A stretch of 64,000 nt of DNA from NCBI GenBank assembly GCA_034520945.1, contig JAXHNB010000006.1, positions 704,001 through 768,000 on the forward strand, read 5' to 3'. Below the pieces are notes generated by a model. The model was not told the origin of the DNA. It searched no databases and saw nothing but the letters and a program-made list of their open reading frames with translations. A program made the translations under genes and the position numbers. Of the stretch, positions 37,386 to 50,164 are shown piece after piece. The DNA is from Trueperaceae bacterium (lineage in GTDB: Bacteria; Deinococcota; Deinococci; Deinococcales; Trueperaceae). Numbering within the stretch: the first letter of the stretch is position 1; the number at the start of each line of letters is the position of its first letter.

Positions 37386-38813
37386 GTGAGTTCGCCTGCG
37401 CACGCCGTGCGTCCCGTCTACCGCGAGGTGCTGGCCGACCTCGAGACGCCGCTGACCGCCTTCCTCAAGCTGGCGGGTCGGCCTGCCTTCCTGCTCGAGT
37501 CCGCCGAGCAGGGCGAGCGGATCGCGCGCTACTCCTTCATCGGGGTGGGCGAGCGGAGCCGGTTGGAGGCCCGCGGTGCCGACGTGACGCTCACCACGCC
37601 GCAGGGCGTGACGCGCCACCAGAGCGAAGACCCGCTGCGCGACCTGTGGGACCACGTGGTGCGCCCCTCCAGCCATCCGGAGGAGTTGCCCCCCTTCTGG
37701 GCGGGGGCCGTCGGGTACGCGTCGTACGATCTGGTCCGGCGCTACGAGCGGCTCCCCGACGACAACCCGGACGAGCTGAAGCTGCCGGACCTGCTGTTCG
37801 TGGTGCCCGAGGTGCTGGTGGTGTTCGACCACCTGCGCCGCCGCCTGTTCCTGATCGCCCCCGCTCGCGAGGGCGACGCCGACGACGAGCGACGCGCCCA
37901 GCGGTTGGTGGACGAGGCGCACGCCCGCCTGCGCGCGCCGCTGCCGGGGGTGCCCGGCGATCGCGCCGGCCGCCAGGTGTCGTTCCAGGCGAACATGACC
38001 GCCGAGCAATACCGCGAGGCCGTGGATAAGGCCACCGCCTACATCCGGGCGGGCGACATCTACCAGGTGGTGCCCAGCCAGCGCATGTCGGCCGAACTGG
38101 GGGTGCACCCGTTCGCGGTCTACCGTGCCCTGCGGACGATCAACCCCAGTCCCTACCTGGGCTACCTGGACCTGGGCCCCGTCACGCTGGTGGCGTCCAG
38201 CCCCGAGAGCCTGGTGCGGAGCGACGGGTTCGAGGTCGAGACCCTGCCCATCGCCGGAACCCGCAAGCGCGGCGCGAGCCCCGCGGAGGACGCGGCCTTG
38301 GCGGAGGAGCTCCGCGGCGACGCCAAGGAACGCGCCGAGCACGTGATGCTGGTCGACCTGGGTCGCAACGACCTGGGTCGCGTCTGCCGGTACGGCACGG
38401 TGCAGGTACGCGACCTGATGCGGGTCGAGCGCTACAGTCACGTCATGCACCTGGTGTCGACGGTGGTGGGGCAGCTGGCGGAGGGGCGGACCACCCTCGA
38501 CGCCCTGGCGGCCACCCTGCCGATGGGCACCGCCAGCGGCGCCCCCAAGATCCGCGCCATGGAGATCATCGACGAGCTCGAACCGACGCGGCGCGGCCCC
38601 TACGCCGGCGCGTTCGGCTACCTGGCCGTCAGCGGGGCGATGGACATGGCGCTCACGCTCCGCACCATGGTCGTCACCGACGGCCGCGTCCACCTTCAGG
38701 CCGGTGGGGGCGTGGTGGCCGACAGCGACCCGGAGGCGGAGTACCAGGAGAGCCTCAACAAGCTCGCCGCCCTCCGGCGCGCGGTCGAGATGGCCACGAG
38801 GGGCCTGGGATGA
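37386..38813 (+). CDS. trpE: Anthranilate synthase component I
   Basis: 'LLESAE', 'GDIYQVV', 'PIAGTR', 'EHVMLVDLGRND', 'SGAPKIRAM'. Confidence 0.95.
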   Translation: MSSPAHAVRPVYREVLADLETPLTAFLKLAGRPAFLLESAEQGERIARYSFIGVGERSRLEARGADVTLTTPQGVTRHQSEDPLRDLWDHVVRPSSHPEELPPFWAGAVGYASYDLVRRYERLPDDNPDELKLPDLLFVVPEVLVVFDHLRRRLFLIAPAREGDADDERRAQRLVDEAHARLRAPLPGVPGDRAGRQVSFQANMTAEQYREAVDKATAYIRAGDIYQVVPSQRMSAELGVHPFAVYRALRTINPSPYLGYLDLGPVTLVASSPESLVRSDGFEVETLPIAGTRKRGASPAEDAALAEELRGDAKERAEHVMLVDLGRNDLGRVCRYGTVQVRDLMRVERYSHVMHLVSTVVGQLAEGRTTLDALAATLPMGTASGAPKIRAMEIIDELEPTRRGPYAGAFGYLAVSGAMDMALTLRTMVVTDGRVHLQAGGGVVADSDPEAEYQESLNKLAALRRAVEMATRGLG

Positions 38814-39397
38814 GCGTCCGCATCCTGATCATCGACAACTACGACTCGTTCACATACAACCTGGTGCAAATGCTGGGCGCGCAAGGCGTCGATCCCGTGG
38901 TGTGGCGCAACGACGCGTTCGACGTCGCGGACGTATCCGGTGTGGCGCCCGATGGCATCGTGATCTCTCCCGGGCCGTGCACGCCCGCCGAGGCCGGCCA
39001 TTCGGTCGAGGTGGTCCGCCGCTACGGCCCGCACCTGCCGATCCTCGGGGTGTGCCTGGGGCACCAGGCGGTCGGCGCGGCCTACGGCGCGCGCGTCGAG
39101 CGGGCGGGCACGCTCATGCACGGCAAGACGAGCGTCGTGCGGCACGACGGCAGCACCGTCTTCCGCGGACTGCCCGAGGAGGTCACCGTCACGCGCTACC
39201 ACTCGCTGGTGGTGCGCGATCCCCCGTCCGAGCTGATCGTCAACGCCTGGAGCGAGGACGCGGGCGAACGGGTGATCATGGGCGTGCGCCACCAAGAGCA
39301 CCCCGTGTGGGGCGTGCAGTTCCACCCCGAGAGCATCCTGACGGTGGACGGCGCCGCGATGCTGGCGACGTTCATCGCGGAGTTGGAGGCTCGGTGA
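38810..39397 (+). CDS. trpG: Anthranilate synthase component II (glutamine amidotransferase)
   Basis: 'IDNYDSFTYN', 'GVCLGHQ', 'QFHPES'. Confidence 0.95.
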   Translation: MSVRILIIDNYDSFTYNLVQMLGAQGVDPVVWRNDAFDVADVSGVAPDGIVISPGPCTPAEAGHSVEVVRRYGPHLPILGVCLGHQAVGAAYGARVERAGTLMHGKTSVVRHDGSTVFRGLPEEVTVTRYHSLVVRDPPSELIVNAWSEDAGERVIMGVRHQEHPVWGVQFHPESILTVDGAAMLATFIAELEAR

Positions 39398-40233
39398 CGC
39401 CTGACGGTCTCACCGTCGTCACGGCCACGCGGGGCCGGCCGGAGGTCCTGCTGGACAAGGCCCACGCGCTGGCGGCGCAGACGCTGCCGCGCGACCGGTT
39501 CGAGTGGATCGTCGCCTTCGACGGGCCCGCCCCGGCGCTCGAGGAACGCCTCACGCGCGAGGTGGGCGACGCTGTGCGGCTCAGGACCGTCGTCACGCCC
39601 GGCGTGGGGCCCGGCCCGGCCCGCGACGCCGCCGCCGGGGAGGCGCGGTACGAGGTGCTGTACCTGTCGGATGACGACTGCCTTCCCGACCCGCGCACGC
39701 TGGCGCGGCACCTCGACGCGCAGGCGCGTCCCGGCCTGTACCTCGGCGCCGTGATTTTCGAAGAGGAGGACGGCCGTCAGCGGCGCTGGGCGCCTCGCCG
39801 GCCCGGATGGTGGAACGTCGGCGGCGCCAACGCGTCGCTGCCCCGTGCCGCGTTCGAAGCGGTCGGCGGCTTCGGGCGCGAGCTGCGCGGCTACGGCGGC
39901 GAAGACCTGTGGCTGGGGTGGCGGTTGGCGCGCCACGGCGTGCCGATCCGGGCCCTGCCGCACGCCGCCGTGCTGCATCGCGGCCCGGATCCCGAACGTG
40001 CCGCCTCGCCGGAACGGGCCCAGCAGGCCGGCGCGAACGCCGTACGGATCGCCCGGATGGAGCCGCGTCTGGCGTGGCGGTTGGGCGTGCACCCCTCGAT
40101 GGTGCGCACCAAGATGGCGCTGCTTCCGCCTCTGGCGGCCATGGGGGAATCCCGCTGGATCGGACGCGAGTTGGCGTACGCCCGCGGCGCGCAGCAGGCC
40201 TGGCGGGCCGAGGCCGAGGAAGCGGCCCCGTGA
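39394..40233 (+). CDS. Glycosyltransferase family 2
   Basis: 'YLSDDD' DxD motif, 'GGF...GYGGEDLWLGWRL'; GTGA overlap with trpG. Confidence 0.85.
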   Translation: MTPDGLTVVTATRGRPEVLLDKAHALAAQTLPRDRFEWIVAFDGPAPALEERLTREVGDAVRLRTVVTPGVGPGPARDAAAGEARYEVLYLSDDDCLPDPRTLARHLDAQARPGLYLGAVIFEEEDGRQRRWAPRRPGWWNVGGANASLPRAAFEAVGGFGRELRGYGGEDLWLGWRLARHGVPIRALPHAAVLHRGPDPERAASPERAQQAGANAVRIARMEPRLAWRLGVHPSMVRTKMALLPPLAAMGESRWIGRELAYARGAQQAWRAEAEEAAP

Positions 40234-40267
40234 GCAGGATGCGCTTCGACATGGAACAGGAGGCACG

Positions 40268-41311
40268 ATGAGCGACTCCGAAGGCGCGAACTTCGACGCG
40301 TCCCGCGTCCTCGCCACCATCTTCGACGGTCACACCCTGTCGCGGGCCGAGGCTCGCGAGGTGATGGGGCGCTTGATGGACGGCGAGCTCTCGCAGATGC
40401 AGGCGGCGGCGCTGCTTGCGGCGCTCCGCACCCGCGGCGAGACCGTCGACGAGATCACCGGCTTCGCCGAGGCGATGCGGGCCCGCTCGATCCACGTGCC
40501 GGTCGAGGACGACGGTCCGTTGTTGGACATCTGCGGGACCGGCGGGACGGGCGTGAGCACCATCAACGTCAGCACCACCGCCTCGTTCGTCGCCACCGCC
40601 GGGGGCGCGCGCGTCGCGAAGCACGGCAACCGCGGCGTGACCAAGCGCAGCGGCTCGGCCGACCTGCTGGAGGCGCTCGACGTGCGGCTCGACGTGCCGC
40701 CGGAGCGGCTGGCGCAGGCGCTCCGCGAGATCGGGCTGGCGTTCCTGTTCGCGCGGCAGCACCATCCGGCGATGCGCTTGGTGGCGCCGATCCGTGCCGA
40801 CCTCAAGGCGCGCACCATCTTCAACAACCTTGGGCCCCTCACCAACCCGGCCGGGGCGTCGCGCCAACTGATGGGCGTGTACAGCCCCGCCCTGACCCGC
40901 ACGCTGGCCGAGGTGCTGCGCGGGCTCGGCCTGGAGCGAGCGCTGGTGGTGCACGGCGACGGGCTCGACGACTTCACGATCAGCGGCGAGTCGTACGTCT
41001 CCGAGCTCCGGCCCGACGGCGAGATCGTGGAGCACGTCCTGACGCCCGAGGACGTCGGGCTGGACCGCGCCCCCCGCAGCGCGCTGCTGGGCGGCGACGC
41101 CGCCGCCAACGCCGATGCGACGCGCGCCATTCTGGCCGGCTCCACGCGCGGCCCCCAGCGCGACGTGGTGCAGTTCAACGCCGGCGCGGCGCTGTACCTG
41201 GCCGACGTCGCCCCCAGCGTGGCCGAGGGCGTGGCCCTGGCCGGCGAGGTGTTGGACGCCGGCGCCGGACTGGACGTCCTGGAACGCTACCGGGCGTTCA
41301 GCAAGCGCTGA
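40268..41311 (+). CDS. trpD: Anthranilate phosphoribosyltransferase
   Basis: 'DICGTGG', 'NVSTT', 'KHGNR', 'GSADLLE', 'NNLGPLTNP'. Confidence 0.95.
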   Translation: MSDSEGANFDASRVLATIFDGHTLSRAEAREVMGRLMDGELSQMQAAALLAALRTRGETVDEITGFAEAMRARSIHVPVEDDGPLLDICGTGGTGVSTINVSTTASFVATAGGARVAKHGNRGVTKRSGSADLLEALDVRLDVPPERLAQALREIGLAFLFARQHHPAMRLVAPIRADLKARTIFNNLGPLTNPAGASRQLMGVYSPALTRTLAEVLRGLGLERALVVHGDGLDDFTISGESYVSELRPDGEIVEHVLTPEDVGLDRAPRSALLGGDAAANADATRAILAGSTRGPQRDVVQFNAGAALYLADVAPSVAEGVALAGEVLDAGAGLDVLERYRAFSKR

Positions 41312-41435
41312 GGGGCCGCGGACCGACCGGCAGGCGCGCGGAGGCGGCGCGCGTGTTCCCGGGAGGCACACGCGGCCCCGCCGAAGGGGGCATGATGAAG
41401 GGGACGAAGACGTACGCGACAGGGGAGGCAGCCAC

Positions 41436-42374
41436 GTGAGCGAACGCGACGACAGCACCACGACCATCGGCAGCACGTTGGTCAAGACCGGATTCGCCGA
41501 GATGTTCAAGGGCGGCGTCATCATGGACGTCGTCGACGCCGAGCAGGCCCGCATCGCCGAGGACGCCGGCGCGACCGCGGTGATGGCGCTGGAGCGGGTG
41601 CCCGCCGACATTCGCGCCCAAGGGGGCGTGGCCCGGATGTCCGACCCGGACATGATCCGCGGCATCGTGGCCGCGGTCTCGATCCCGGTGATGGCGAAGG
41701 TCCGCATCGGGCACTTCGTCGAGGCGCAGATCCTGCAGTCGCTCGGCGTCGATTTCGTCGACGAGAGCGAGGTGCTAACGCCCGCCGACGAGGCGTACCA
41801 CGTCGACAAGTTCGCGTTCACCGTGCCGTTCGTGTGCGGCGCGACCCACATCGGGGAGGCGCTGCGCCGCATCGGCGAAGGCGCCAGCATGATCCGCACC
41901 AAGGGTGAGGCCGGCACCGGCAACGTCGTCGAGGCCGTCCGCCACGCCCGCAGCGTGCTCGGCGAGATCCGCAGGATCCAGGCGCTCCGCCCCGAAGAGC
42001 TGATGGGGTACGCCAAGGAACACGGCGCGCCGGTGGACCTCGTGCGCTACGTGCACCAGCACGGGGCGTTGCCGGTCCCCAACTTCGCAGCTGGGGGGAT
42101 CGCCACCCCGGCCGACGCGGCCCTCATGATGCAGTTGGGCGTGGACGGGGTGTTCGTCGGCAGCGGCATTTTCAAGTCCGCCGCGCACGTCTCCGAGGTC
42201 AGCGAGAAGCACCGAGCCTGGCGCGGCCGCGCCGAGGCCATCGTGAAGGCCACCACGCACTACCGCGATCCGGACGTGCTGGCGGAGGTGAGCCGCGGCC
42301 TGGGCGAGGCGATGGTCGGCCTCGACGTGACGACGCTTCCGGAGGACCAGCTCCTCGCCGGACGCGGTTGGTAG
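41436..42374 (+). CDS. pdxS: PLP synthase lyase subunit
   Basis: 'KGGVIMDV', '[10 protein letters not shown]', 'KGEAGTGN', '[12 protein letters not shown]'. Confidence 0.96.
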   Translation: MSERDDSTTTIGSTLVKTGFAEMFKGGVIMDVVDAEQARIAEDAGATAVMALERVPADIRAQGGVARMSDPDMIRGIVAAVSIPVMAKVRIGHFVEAQILQSLGVDFVDESEVLTPADEAYHVDKFAFTVPFVCGATHIGEALRRIGEGASMIRTKGEAGTGNVVEAVRHARSVLGEIRRIQALRPEELMGYAKEHGAPVDLVRYVHQHGALPVPNFAAGGIATPADAALMMQLGVDGVFVGSGIFKSAAHVSEVSEKHRAWRGRAEAIVKATTHYRDPDVLAEVSRGLGEAMVGLDVTTLPEDQLLAGRGW

Positions 42375-42479
42375 GCCGCGCCGCGCCGTGCGACGCGTCG
42401 CACCCCCGGTCGTTCCCTTGCGTCCCGCAGGGCCGTTCTCTCACGGCGGCTCACCGCGTGTGTTGGTAGAGTCGCTGCC

Positions 42480-44681
42480 GTGAAGATCGTTCAGGGCATC
42501 GTCCTCGTGGCCTTCGCCGCCGGCCTGTCGCTGGCCTCCTGGTTCGGCGCGTCGGCGTTGAAGTGGTCGCAGGAGCTGCCGGACCTCGAGCCGGTGCTGG
42601 CGCTCGAGTTCACCGCTACCAGCGAGGTGTTCGCACGAGACGGGACCCGCATCGGGTCGATCGTGCCGGTCACCGGCGAGGACCGCGCCTCGACCAACCG
42701 CATCCCGGTCGGGCTGGACGAGATCAGCCCCGCGGCGCTGCAGGCCATCGTGGCGTACGAGGACGACCGCTACTTCGAGCACTACGGCTTCGACATGTCC
42801 GGCATCGCGCGGGCGTTCTACGAAGAGTTCGTCGGCAGCGGGGGGCGCGGCGGATCCAGCATCACCACGCAGGTCGTCAAGAACACGGTCCTCGCCGATA
42901 TCCGTGACGAGCGCTCGATGGAACGCAAGGCGAAGGAACTGCTGCTGGCCATCGAGCTCGAGCGGCGCCTCACCAAGGCCGAGATCCTGCAACGCTACGT
43001 GAACGTGGTGTTTTGGGGCGGCAACGTGTACGGCATCCGCGCGGCGGCGCAGACGTACTTCGGCAAGGACCCCATCGAGCTGAACCTGGCGGAGGGCCTG
43101 TACCTGGCCCGCCTGATCCCCGCCCCCAACGCCCGGCACGACGACTTCGAGACCACGCGCGCCTCGATGCGGAACGTCCTGGACCGGATGGTGCAACGTG
43201 GCACCATCAGTCGGGAGGCGGCCGAGCGCACCTGGCGTTACCCGTTGGAGCCGCGAGGGTGGGCGGCCGAGTACGAAACGGACGGCTCGCTGATCTCGGC
43301 GGAACAGACCGGCGATCCGGTGGTGGTGCAGCAGTCGATCAGCTCCGAACTGAACTGGCACGTCGTGGTCGCCGTGCGCAACTGGCTTCTCGATCGCTTT
43401 GGCGAGGCGGCGGTGTTCGGGCGGGGCGGGCTGCGCATCACCACCACCATCGACGTGCAGGCGCAGACCGCCGCCAATGCCGCCTCGCTGGACGCCCAGA
43501 TTCCGGACGGGGCGGAGCTCGGCATCGTGGCGCTGGATCCCTACAGTGGCGAGGTGCTGGCCATGGTCGGAGAGAAGTTGGAGCCCGGCGTCCGCGAAGG
43601 GGAGTTCAACCGCGTCACGCAGGCCCAGCGTCAGCCCGGCAGCTCGTTCAAGCCGATCACCTACGCCACGGCGATCGAGGAGGCCGGCTTCACGCAGGCG
43701 ACCATCCTGGTCGACAAGCCGACCGAGTTCCAGCAGCGCGGCGAACCCCCCTACGAGCCCGTCAATCACGACGGCTCCTTCATCGGGCCGGCCACCGTGC
43801 GGCAGCACCTGGACCTGTCCCGCAACATTCCGGCCGTCAAGGCGCTGGAGGCGGCGTCCGCCGAGGCGGTGGCGGAGCGCGCCCGGGAGCTCGGCTACGA
43901 CGTCGAACCGTACTACTCGATGGCGCTGGGCTCGTTCGAAGTGTCGCCCCTGCGCCACGCCAGCGCCTTCACCTCGTTCACGAACGGCGGCGTGCACGTC
44001 GAGCCGCACTTCGTCCGGCGCGTCGAGGACGCCGAGGGCAACGTGCTGTACCAGGCCGACCCGCGCCGGTCGCGGGTATGGACCGAGGAGACCGCCTACG
44101 TGATGTTGGACCTGCTGCACGCCAACGTGGTCGATCGCAACCCCACGGCGTTCAGCTGGCGGGCGCAACTCGAGGGCCGCTGGGTGGGGGGCAAGACCGG
44201 CACCACCAACGACGAGAAGGACATCTGGTTCGTCGGCACCACGCCCGAGATTACGGCCGCGGTCTGGATCGGCAACGACCAGGGCGAGAGCCTGCCCCGC
44301 AGCATGACGCTGCCGGATGGCTCCACCGATCAGGTGAACAGCTCGCGGCAACCGATCTACGTGTGGAAGGACTTCATGGAGGCGGCCCTGCGCGGCCAGC
44401 CGGCCGATCAGGACGGCTTTCCCGTGCCTGAAGGCATTACCTTCCAAACCTTCGATCGCGACACCGGGGCCGCCTCGTCCGCGGGAACGCGGGCCGCGTT
44501 CCCAGCCGGCGAGGAGCTGCCCAGGCGGGCGTTCGCGTCTGCGCTGAGTGTCGAACTTCCCATCGACCAGGCCACCGGCATGCGGGCGACGGCCGACACG
44601 CCGGCGGATCGCATCGAGGTCGTGCGCGTCGCGCCCAGCGAGATCGACCAGTACCTGCCTGCGGGGGACGGCGCGCCCTGA
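42480..44681 (+). CDS. Class A penicillin-binding protein (transglycosylase/transpeptidase)
   Basis: 'EDDRYFEHYG', 'GSSITTQVVKN', 'RKAKE', 'GSSFK', 'SRN', 'KTGT'. Confidence 0.93.
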   Translation: MKIVQGIVLVAFAAGLSLASWFGASALKWSQELPDLEPVLALEFTATSEVFARDGTRIGSIVPVTGEDRASTNRIPVGLDEISPAALQAIVAYEDDRYFEHYGFDMSGIARAFYEEFVGSGGRGGSSITTQVVKNTVLADIRDERSMERKAKELLLAIELERRLTKAEILQRYVNVVFWGGNVYGIRAAAQTYFGKDPIELNLAEGLYLARLIPAPNARHDDFETTRASMRNVLDRMVQRGTISREAAERTWRYPLEPRGWAAEYETDGSLISAEQTGDPVVVQQSISSELNWHVVVAVRNWLLDRFGEAAVFGRGGLRITTTIDVQAQTAANAASLDAQIPDGAELGIVALDPYSGEVLAMVGEKLEPGVREGEFNRVTQAQRQPGSSFKPITYATAIEEAGFTQATILVDKPTEFQQRGEPPYEPVNHDGSFIGPATVRQHLDLSRNIPAVKALEAASAEAVAERARELGYDVEPYYSMALGSFEVSPLRHASAFTSFTNGGVHVEPHFVRRVEDAEGNVLYQADPRRSRVWTEETAYVMLDLLHANVVDRNPTAFSWRAQLEGRWVGGKTGTTNDEKDIWFVGTTPEITAAVWIGNDQGESLPRSMTLPDGSTDQVNSSRQPIYVWKDFMEAALRGQPADQDGFPVPEGITFQTFDRDTGAASSAGTRAAFPAGEELPRRAFASALSVELPIDQATGMRATADTPADRIEVVRVAPSEIDQYLPAGDGAP

Positions 44682-45610
44682 TGGACACGTCACGGCCCGG
44701 CGGGTCGCGCGCCGACGGGCTCACGGCGGTGGCGGGCCTGCGCGTCGGACACTGGACCGACGTAGGCGCCCGGACCGGCTGCACGGTGGTGCGGCTCCCG
44801 CCCGCCGGGGCCCCCACCTCGGCCTTGGCGTTCGGGCCGGCGCCGGCCAGCCGGGAGTACGCGCTCCTCGACCCCGACAAGTCGGTGCCGGTCGCGCACG
44901 CGATCGTGCTGAGCGGCGGCAGCGCCTACGGGCTCGACGCCGCGTCGGGGGTGATGCGCGTCCTCGAACGCGAAGGCATCGGGCTCGAGACGCCGTTCGC
45001 GCGGGTCCCGATCGTGCCGGCCGCGGCGCTCTACGATTTGGGGGTCGGCCGTTCCGACGTCCGTCCGGGCGCCGCTGCGGGCGAGGCGGCGGCCAAGGAC
45101 GCCCACGACGGGCCGGTCGCGTCGGGACGCATCGGGGCGGGCAGCGGCGCGAGTGTCGGCAAGATCCGGGGGTTCGACGCGGCGGTGCCCTCGGGGATCG
45201 GCAGCGCCGCCGTGCGGGTCGGGAACGCCACGGTGGCGGCGCTCGCGGTCAGCAACGCGGTCGGCGCGCTGGTCGACCCGAACGACGGCAGGCCCATCGC
45301 CGGGCGCCCCGCCAGCGCCGAAGAGGCCGTGAACCTGTTCCAGACCCCGCCCGGCACCAACACCACGCTGGTGGTGGTCGCGACCGACGCGGCGCTCGAC
45401 AAGACCGGCTGCCGCGCGCTGGCCCCCGCCGGCCACGTCGGCATCGCGCACGTGACGCGCCCGTCGCACACCCCCCACGACGGCGACACCGTCTTCGTCA
45501 CCGCGACCGGTCGGGCCGGCACGGTCGCCCGCAGCCCGTTGTCGGTGGCGGTGCAGCAGGTCGTCGCCGAAGCCATCCTGCGCGGGGCCCGCAAGGCCGT
45601 CGCCTCTTGA
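44681..45610 (+). CDS. DmpA/P1 (S58) family aminopeptidase
   Basis: 'GLRVGH...TGCTVV', 'LSGGSAYGL', autoproteolysis site 'NTTL', 'HTPHDGD'. Confidence 0.85.
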   Translation: MDTSRPGGSRADGLTAVAGLRVGHWTDVGARTGCTVVRLPPAGAPTSALAFGPAPASREYALLDPDKSVPVAHAIVLSGGSAYGLDAASGVMRVLEREGIGLETPFARVPIVPAAALYDLGVGRSDVRPGAAAGEAAAKDAHDGPVASGRIGAGSGASVGKIRGFDAAVPSGIGSAAVRVGNATVAALAVSNAVGALVDPNDGRPIAGRPASAEEAVNLFQTPPGTNTTLVVVATDAALDKTGCRALAPAGHVGIAHVTRPSHTPHDGDTVFVTATGRAGTVARSPLSVAVQQVVAEAILRGARKAVAS

Positions 45611-45683
45611 ACCGGCCCGCACGGCGCGGCCGCGCCCCATGTCCCCCCTTGGCGAAGGGTGCCGGCAGCGCCGGCGTAACGCC

Positions 45684-46286
45684 ATGGACACCGTGAACGT
45701 CGGCATCCTGGCCCTGCAAGGAGCGTTCCGTGAGCACCGCCGCGCGTTCGGGCGCCTCGGCGTCGACGCGTCCGAGGTGCGCCTGCCACGCGACCTGAGC
45801 GGGCTGCACGCCCTGGTGATCCCCGGCGGGGAATCGACCACCATGGCCAAACTGATGCGCGCCTACGAGCTGGACGAGGCCATCACGGTCTTCGCGCGCG
45901 AGGGCGGCACCATCTGGGGCACCTGCGCCGGCGCGATCGCCGTCGCCACCGAGATCGAGGACCGCCCCGAGCAGCCCCGGCTGGGGCTGCTGGACATGCG
46001 GGTGGCCCGCAACGCCTACGGGCGGCAGGTCGCCTCCTTCGAAGCGGACCTCGACGTGTCCGGCCTGGGCGACCCCTTCCGCGCCGTGTTCATCCGCGCG
46101 CCCCGCATCCTGCAGGTCGGGGCGGACGTCGAGGTGTTGGCCGCCTACCGGGAGGACCCCGTCATGGTCGCCTCCGGTCGGCTCATGGCGACCGTGTTCC
46201 ACCCGGAACTGTCCAATGACGACCGCATTCACGCCCTGTTCCTGGAACGGGCCGCCGCCGCCCGGCCGTGGACGGCGCCACGCTGA
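45684..46286 (+). CDS. pdxT: PLP synthase glutaminase subunit
   Basis: 'GILALQGAF', 'PGGESTT', 'GTCAG', 'RNAYGRQ', 'FHPEL'. Confidence 0.96.
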   Translation: MDTVNVGILALQGAFREHRRAFGRLGVDASEVRLPRDLSGLHALVIPGGESTTMAKLMRAYELDEAITVFAREGGTIWGTCAGAIAVATEIEDRPEQPRLGLLDMRVARNAYGRQVASFEADLDVSGLGDPFRAVFIRAPRILQVGADVEVLAAYREDPVMVASGRLMATVFHPELSNDDRIHALFLERAAAARPWTAPR

Positions 46287-46312
46287 CGCTCACCTGACGA
46301 CGTCGAACGTCC

Positions 46313-49147
<2,835 letters not shown>

Positions 49148-49220
49148 GTTCGGATTGTGACCCACGTGGCAGGGGCGGCACGTCGTACGCTCCGCAAGCC
49201 GCCGCGGGGCGGAGGGGCGG

Positions 49221-49877
49221 CTAGGCGTCGGCGACGGGCACGCCCTCGGGGTCCAGCCACGGGTACGCCTCGTTTTGCGCATCCAGGCGGTCGGCGACGC
49301 GCGGGTACAACCACCGGAACGCGAGGTCGTTGCGGGTGCGTGCGCTCAGGGCGGGGCGGTCGTACATACCGGCTTCGCGCCGCTGGCGTTGCGCTTCGAA
49401 CAGGATCACCGCCGTCGCGACGGAGACGTTCAGCGACCGAACCATGCCCAGCATGGGGATGGTGACGTGCAGGTCGGCGCGCGCCGCGCCGCGCGGGCTG
49501 ACGCCGGCCCGCTCGTTGCCGAACAGGATGGCGGTGGGGCGGGTGTAGTCGGCGTCGCGGTAGTCGATCGCGCCTTCGGAGAAGTGCGCGGCCAACACCT
49601 GCATCGACTGCGCCTGCACCTCGTCGAGGGCCAGGTCTAGGCGGTCGTGCACCACCAGATCCACCCACTTTTCGGCCGACGCGCTGGTGGCGCTGTAGGT
49701 CGGGACCCCGCCGGTCGGCGCGGTGGCGTGCACCGTGCCGATGCCCACGGCGTCGCAGGAGCGGAGCATCGCGGAGAGGTTGTGTGGCTTGTGCACGTCC
49801 TCGGCCACGATCGTCAGGTCCGATTGGCGCCGCGCGAGCACGCCGAACACGCGCGCGGCGCGGTGGGGGGTCGCCAT
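49221..49877 (-). CDS. trmH: tRNA (guanosine-2'-O)-methyltransferase, Gm18
   Basis: 'VHKPHNLSAMLRSCDA', 'FGNE', 'IPMLGMVRSLNVSVA'. Confidence 0.93.
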   Translation of the reverse strand: MATPHRAARVFGVLARRQSDLTIVAEDVHKPHNLSAMLRSCDAVGIGTVHATAPTGGVPTYSATSASAEKWVDLVVHDRLDLALDEVQAQSMQVLAAHFSEGAIDYRDADYTRPTAILFGNERAGVSPRGAARADLHVTIPMLGMVRSLNVSVATAVILFEAQRQRREAGMYDRPALSARTRNDLAFRWLYPRVADRLDAQNEAYPWLDPEGVPVADA

Positions 49878-49934
49878 GGACGCAGGGTACCCTGGGAATG
49901 GGCACCATACCGGCTGTGACGCGGCAAAATGCGC

Positions 49935-49963
49935 TTGACACCCCACGAAGCCGGGGGTAGCAT
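49935..49963 (+). promoter_or_regulatory. Sigma70 promoter of the tRNA gene
   Basis: TTGACA-N17-TAGCAT, 24 nt before the tRNA. Confidence 0.8.
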
Positions 49964-49987
49964 TTCGCCTACGCCTGCGCGCCGCAC

Positions 49988-50075
49988 GCCGAGGTGGCGG
50001 AATTGGTAGACGCGCTAGCTTGAGGGGCTAGTGACCGTTCAGGTCGTGTGGGTTCGAGTCCCATCCTCGGCACCA
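49988..50075 (+). tRNA. tRNA-Leu (anticodon GAG)
   Basis: Acceptor GCCGAGG/CCTCGGC, anticodon arm CTAGC-TTGAGGG-GCTAG, long variable arm, GGTTCGAGTCC, encoded CCA. Confidence 0.97.
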
Positions 50076-50164
50076 TGTACGCAGCCAGAACGCAGGACGG
50101 ACGGCGCGCGGACCGAGGCGGCCCGCGCGCCGAATCGTAGGGGGACGCCGTGATAGCGTGCCCC

